From Bipalium vagum (lineage: Eukaryota), in the NCBI GenBank assembly GCA_037834085.1, contig JBBMKC010240414.1, forward strand, positions 1 through 42,755: DNA of 42,755 bases. Direction: 5' to 3'. Shown piece after piece: positions 37,266-42,755 of the stretch; position 1 is the stretch's first letter; every line of letters starts with the position of its first letter. The notes under the pieces are model-generated. The model saw only the letters and a program-made list of their open reading frames with translations. It made no database searches and had not been told where the DNA came from. Both the position numbers and the translations under genes were made by a program.

Positions 37266-38129
37266 TTATATGGAAAATATGTGTTTCCAATTATTTTAGA
37301 ATATAAATAATAATTACACATTAAAGAAACATTTAAAATATTTATCATTGATGTTTTGTTAACTTTGACTTTCTTTATCTTGACGAATTTTCTATGAACA
37401 AAATAATCCTTTAATTTAATCTTCTTTTTTCATCAAAATTAAGAAAAAATATATTTTAAGTGATTAACTAATTAAAAAAGTTTTCATTTGATGAAAATAT
37501 TTATTAATAATTTTTAATGTCGAAAATTTTATATGGATTTTAAAATTTTATTTTTTAAAATTTTAATATTTTTTAATTTTAATTTTTTTTAATTTTAATT
37601 TTGAAAAATTTATAGTTGAAATTTTTACCAGAATTTTGAATTTTCGAATTTTATATATTTTTTATTTTTTATGCATTCCAATTTTAAATTTATAATAATT
37701 TCTTATATTCATTTAATTATTATATTTTTTTAATAAACAAAATCATTTGGTAAGAAATGAAAGCAATATCCCAATGATTATAATTACCTTTGATTTTATT
37801 CTCAAAGACTCAACATTTATAATAATGTATTTTGGTTGCATAAAAATATTAAATCTTAAAAATTAGATTAAAGTGGATTCTCTAAAATGCAACTGGGTTC
37901 AATCTTAGTCTAATTTATGGAGTAATTTCTCTCGATATTATCGCTCAAATCAATATCTGAAATAAACATTTGTTTGAATTCGTTGTTTTTATCAAAAAAA
38001 GTACCTTTTATAGAAATTAACAGTTAGAAGAATAAATACATTTATTTATTCTTACTTTCAATTTCTTGTTATACTCAATCTATTTTTAAAACATATCACT
38101 TAAAACACATTAAAATGGATTGATATAGG

Positions 38130-38780
38130 AAAACCCCATACTTCAACCTATGGATTTTTCTACAACGTTGATTTTTTTAAAATATTATTTACGCTTTTTT
38201 ATTTTTTCACTAATGATATGGAAACTAAGATACATATCATGTTAAGAGAAGTTAAGAGAAGTTAAGAGAAAGAAGAAAAGAGAATTGGAAGAAATCTTCT
38301 TTTCAGATGAAAAGAGATTGAACCTTGATGATCCAGGTAGTGTTCAGTATTGTTTTCATGATATAAGAAAGGATGACATAGTTTTGAGTAGTTCTGTAGA
38401 TGGTTTCATGGTTTCATGTGCAAATTCAGATCATGGAACAAATGTACATTTCTATTTTGAATAAAAGGTTTTCAGAGACATAAGGTATTTGGAGAAAAGA
38501 TTTGCAAGTATCAAAATGACAAATAATCTATTCACACTGAACGAATAGTAAAGTTCTGGGTCCAAGAACAATACATTAAGCTAATATATTGGCCTCCTTA
38601 CTTTTCGGACTTAAATATCATGAAAAACGTTTGTGAACAGTTATCAAGGATAGTGTATAAAAATGATGATAATTTAAAAATATCGAAGACGAAACTAGCA
38701 ATTCAAGGAGTCTGTAATCTCATTCCTTAAAAGTTCCAATCGATAATCAATAAAAATTTTAAAGTGAAACTAATTTTACA
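38130..38780 (+). mobile_element. Tc1 (DD34E-type) transposase relic
   Basis: FSDEKRLNLDDPGSVQYCFHDIRK and IKLIYWPPYFSDLNIMKNV. Includes a (gttaagagaa)x3 repeat at 38241-38270. Confidence 0.8.
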
Positions 38781-38784
38781 AGTG

Positions 38785-39680
38785 ATTTGCGCTCAAATAT
38801 TATTTTATCATTGGAAAAAGGATATTCTCAAATGGGCTATAGCATCAGCCTTGAATATCCTGAAGAAAGGCGTGCAAGAAGCTATTGTGGATCACTGAAA
38901 TTATATGCTAAGAAGCGATCAATGACTACTCCAACTGCATCTGGTACATTCCAATATCAATATTTCTGCAGTTCTAATCCGTAGACGTCTTCGTTCCTAT
39001 CGGCCGGCAAAAGAACTAAGCTATTACATGAAAACATCAAAGATCAGCTGAATTTCTGCAAAAGACATTGACTTTGGATTGTTAATGAGTAAAGTCAGGT
39101 GATGTTTATAGATGATAATATGTTACACTAATTTGTTTCACTTTACCCACGAGTTTGCTGACTAGCAAATCGGTGGTATGATGAAGAATATATAATACAA
39201 ACTGTCAATTATTGATGGTCTGGAATGGTGCACCTCCATAGATCTGTACCTAAAACAACCCAATATTACTATTCATGCAGTACATTACATTAAAGTATTA
39301 TAGAAAAACGTCCGTCATTGGATTGGAATTCGTAATTGCGCCGTACTTAACTATCACGGAGCACCATGACACCAGACAAGGTCAGTGAAAGTCTGGCATC
39401 ATGAGGAAAACATCCGTGTTTCAGTTTCACTTGAGGATCTTCGTAGAAAAGTATTGCAGAGTGGTCAAAAAAATTACATCGGCATATTGTAATGAATTTA
39501 TTCATTCGATGCCTCGTCGAATTGAGACTGTGATATTTGCAAACAGACATCATATTAAATATTAGTTCTTTAATTTTAATTCGGTTATGTAAATATTTCA
39601 ATAAATGGTCTATAACTTATCTAATTTTAATAAATAGCAAACAAATCGAGCTGATAGGATCAACACTGAAAGTATATATT
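38785..39680 (+). mobile_element. Second Tc1 relic (N- and C-terminal parts)
   Basis: LEKGYSQ, SYRPAK, QLNFCKRH...QVMFIDD and SLEDLRRK...ITSAYCNEFIHSMPRRIETVIFANRHHIKY*. Confidence 0.75.
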
Positions 39681-40169
39681 TGTTTCCATTAAATGAAATA
39701 AAAAATTATTTATAATTTTATTTTCCGATAGCTTTTCGAAAACAAAACTAATTTTTATCATCAAATTTTTTATGCCATGTCCTGTTTATTAGGGCTAAAT
39801 ATTTTTTCATTCAATAAATAAATTAGGAGAATTTCTGATTGAACTTTTTGTTTGTCTTTTATTTCTGCCTATCACCTCCAACATGTCCAATTAAACAAAT
39901 CCTTCCATTAATTAATCCCATTTCTATCTTCTTATTTTATAAATTCACTGAATACATTTTGATTTAGATCTTTCATTGTGTGTAAGGTTGCAGAAGAACT
40001 GTATATCAATAATTGTTCATCAATAAAACGAAAAAACCATAAAAATTAAAAAATTAGAAAAGGCTTGTACGTTTAATTGAGTAAATTTATATTCTAAAGA
40101 TATACATATGTGTAGTATTTTATACGATTCGTGTGAAAATTATATATTATTCTCAAAATCAAATTTCTG

Positions 40170-41450
40170 TCTATTCACAGGGTAAAAATAATGATTTTTT
40201 GAAATTCTAATGATTTCATATTATTTGATTTTTATCTATTTATTTTATTTCGTATTGAATTATTGTAAAAATTATTTTTTAAATGAATCAACTACTTCCT
40301 TAAAACAAATTATGGTATATTTTGGTTTAAAGTTCAAACGCTTTTTTTGTAGAAATATTTTCTGGCCTACACATAGCAACCTTGTTTTTTCAGATCACCC
40401 CATAACGGCTCAATTATATTCAGATCCAGTGATTGAGCCGGTCAATATCTCAGTACGCATAACTTGGACTTTTTAAAAATGAAGTAACCAATCTTGACTT
40501 ATGGCATGGAGCTCCGTCTTGTTGATATATACTCTGTGCCTCATATGTTGGCAGCAACCCTTTTTTTAATAGATCATGATAGGCATCTGAATTCATCCAA
40601 TCAGGACACCTTATGAGAACTATGGAGCCATCTTCTTTGATTTCTCCCCAAACTATTAAACTCTTTCCTCCAAATTTAAAAGTTTTCGTGATATATTTTG
40701 GGTAATACATATATTCTTGTGGTCTGCAGACGTATTCTCTTCTTCTGGAGAACAGTTCTATCCAAATTTCATCAGTAAAAATCATCTAATTCCAAAAAGA
40801 AGGAAGCAGTTTGATATAACCTCACTACCACTTTAAGCGATTCTTGATATGCTGCTCATTTAAATATGGTTTCTTCGCTGTAATTTGTCCGAACAAGCCA
40901 TACTTTCTCAGAATACGCTGGAAGGAAGTTTGGTGTGATTACCAATCGATAAAAAGATCATGTGCTGTTTTCTGGGAATTTTGTTTTGACATCCGAATAA
41001 GTGATCTTTCTGATCTTTGTGTATTTTTCAGCTTAAGGCCACTTCTACATAAGTTTTGCAATGTTCCATGTTGTTGCAGCTTAAGTATAATATGTTGAAC
41101 AGCATTTCTTGAAATATATTGACTTCATTTGAAAGTTTCCTTTGAGACAAACTCTCTTTCAATTTTTTAATGACTAGTTTCCTAATATCTATATATATCT
41201 TAGCCATATTTAACAAAAGAATGTCTAAAATTAAAATATATACATTACTTAATCATTAGTAAAATGTTGTAAATATAGATTTTACTTTAAAAAATTAGTT
41301 TAATGATTAAAATAGTTTATATATTTAAATAATATCAAAAGATTTTTAAAAACGCCTTATTATAAAAATTTGGGTTTACTAATTATAAAACATTTATTTG
41401 TAATAATTTTTAATGGTTTGAAATGTCTAAATTTCACTGTTACAACCTGA
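40170..41450 (-). mobile_element. Tc1 (DD34E) transposon relic
   Basis: MAKIYIDIRKLVI.., IFTDE, KTFKFGGKSLIVWG, YQQDGAPCHKS and PAQSLDLNIIEPLW. Ends are not resolved. Confidence 0.9.
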
Positions 41451-41749
41451 TATAAAGCTAACATCAGCATGTATCTAAAGTAAAGTAGTTCAAATCATAA
41501 AACTTCTAATTTAAACCATAATCTATTATTAATTTGTCCATTTGTATATGGTGACTCAAAACATATGGACGGCAAAAGAATCAAAATGAGTATGAGTTAA
41601 AATTGGATCTACGATCAGGTAAATTTTTGTTTTACTTTTAAATAAACTCTTTTGTATTCTTTTAGTTAATATATCCTGAATTATATATCCTTTGAATTAT
41701 ATATCTGAAACCAAAAGAAAGAAGAAATATGTTCTTAGAATAATAGATC

Positions 41750-42560
41750 AATACAGTAATTACATTTGTTTAGCAGCGGTAACGATAATTCACGTGATAA
41801 AAATACCTGTGTGCTCAAGCTTAGTCAAAAGACCATCAACTTAGACTGTACAAAGTCGTTTGTGTTCAGGAAGATGGCAGAGTTCGCGAAGACCATAAAT
41901 GCTGGGCTAAGATTTTCAAGCCCATACCACCACAATACCGGTGGTCAGATCGAGTGACAATTTAGAACAATTAGAAAGAGATTGAACGCAACCAGAACGA
42001 ACCAAGTACGAAAAGATTAGAAAGAACTATTATCAGAATTTGAGTTCTAATTGAATTCAACTACTCAGAAGACTACGGGATACATTCCGGTGGAAATAAT
42101 TTTTGGAATAGACCAAGACAAATGGTATCCAACAAGTGCGGAAGCAAAGAGGACGGAAGTTGTCACGAACACGAGAAGAAATTTTATTGTCAAGGATTAG
42201 GTTCTGGTTAAAGTGGAGACGAGAAATAAGGACCAATCAAAATACAAGGATCATACTGAATCCAGGAGAAGATCCATAGAAGATATTTATTAGAGCATTT
42301 TGGTGGAAGTCCTTTGAAGGGGAACATCGAAAAGTTAAAAAAATCTTGAGAGGGGGATATAAGGAGTGTTTTGAAATATTGTTTTCAATGATTTTTTTAA
42401 ATAAAGAACTCATTTATAATAACATATTTAACTTCCTAAATTAAGTTTTTAAAATTAGATATTAAAATTTCATAAATTTGATTTTTAAGTTAAAGTTTCT
42501 AAAATTATTAAATTCTTTTATTTAAAAATATTTAGTAATTATTAATAAAAATAACAGTGA
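41750..42560 (+). mobile_element. Ty3/Gypsy LTR retrotransposon 3' end (integrase remnant, PPT, start of 3' LTR)
   Basis: INLDC..SF...FSSPYHHNTGGQIE*QFRTI, LNSTTQKTTGYIPVEIIFG and VLVK. Polypurine tract gagaggggga at 42348-42357 is followed by tataag (mutated TGTAAG). Confidence 0.85.
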
Positions 42561-42652
42561 GATGGCTATTTAATAAAAAGATTTGTTTAAATAGTTTTTT
42601 TCAGAGTCAAATCAGAAAATCAAATGTCTACTGCAGAATATAACTATATATA

Positions 42653-42755
42653 CAGGGTGTTCGATAAGTCACTCCGGAATTTTAAAATGGTATTAATCTA
42701 AAACAAAAGATAACTGAAAGAGTTTAATAATTTTATTTACAAAAGCACCAACTAT
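42653..42755. mobile_element. Tc1/mariner TIR at the window end
   Basis: TA-cagggtgttcgataagtc, a typical CAGGGTG terminus. Confidence 0.6.

Noticed and set aside
37870-37912. gggttcaatc as a tRNA or SINE B-box
   Set aside because: No A-box or cloverleaf.

Overview
Very AT-rich eukaryotic (metazoan) genomic DNA. Composition, intron sizes and the transposon mix suggest a planarian or other lophotrochozoan, but that is inference. The window holds the 3' part of one + strand spliced gene, a delta-type (non-clustered) protocadherin-like receptor. Five exons (5608-5758, 18169-18470, 24059-24376, 30832-31024, 36707-37074) join in frame through GT-AG introns of 12.4, 5.6, 6.5 and 5.7 kb into about 443 aa. 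These encode the end of one cadherin repeat, the membrane-proximal repeat, a TM helix and a cytoplasmic tail with a DSGRG-S (CM1-like) motif. The 5' exons lie upstream of the window. Introns and the 3' flank are packed with about 25 decayed transposons: mostly Tc1/mariner/pogo (maT DD37D, mariner, rosa-like, Tc1 DD34E, Tigger-like), plus Merlin, hAT, a Gypsy integrase end and probable MULE, Penelope and Helentron-like relics. None has an intact ORF. I found no rRNA, tRNA or CRISPR and no convincing new multi-gene system. The best leads are an apparently permuted CM2-like/CM1 tail with PPxY and WIRS-like motifs, an antisense bias of intronic transposons, a 4x AGGTCA array, a GC hairpin with a CTCF-like arm and a candidate microexon. 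Boundaries of degraded elements are approximate.
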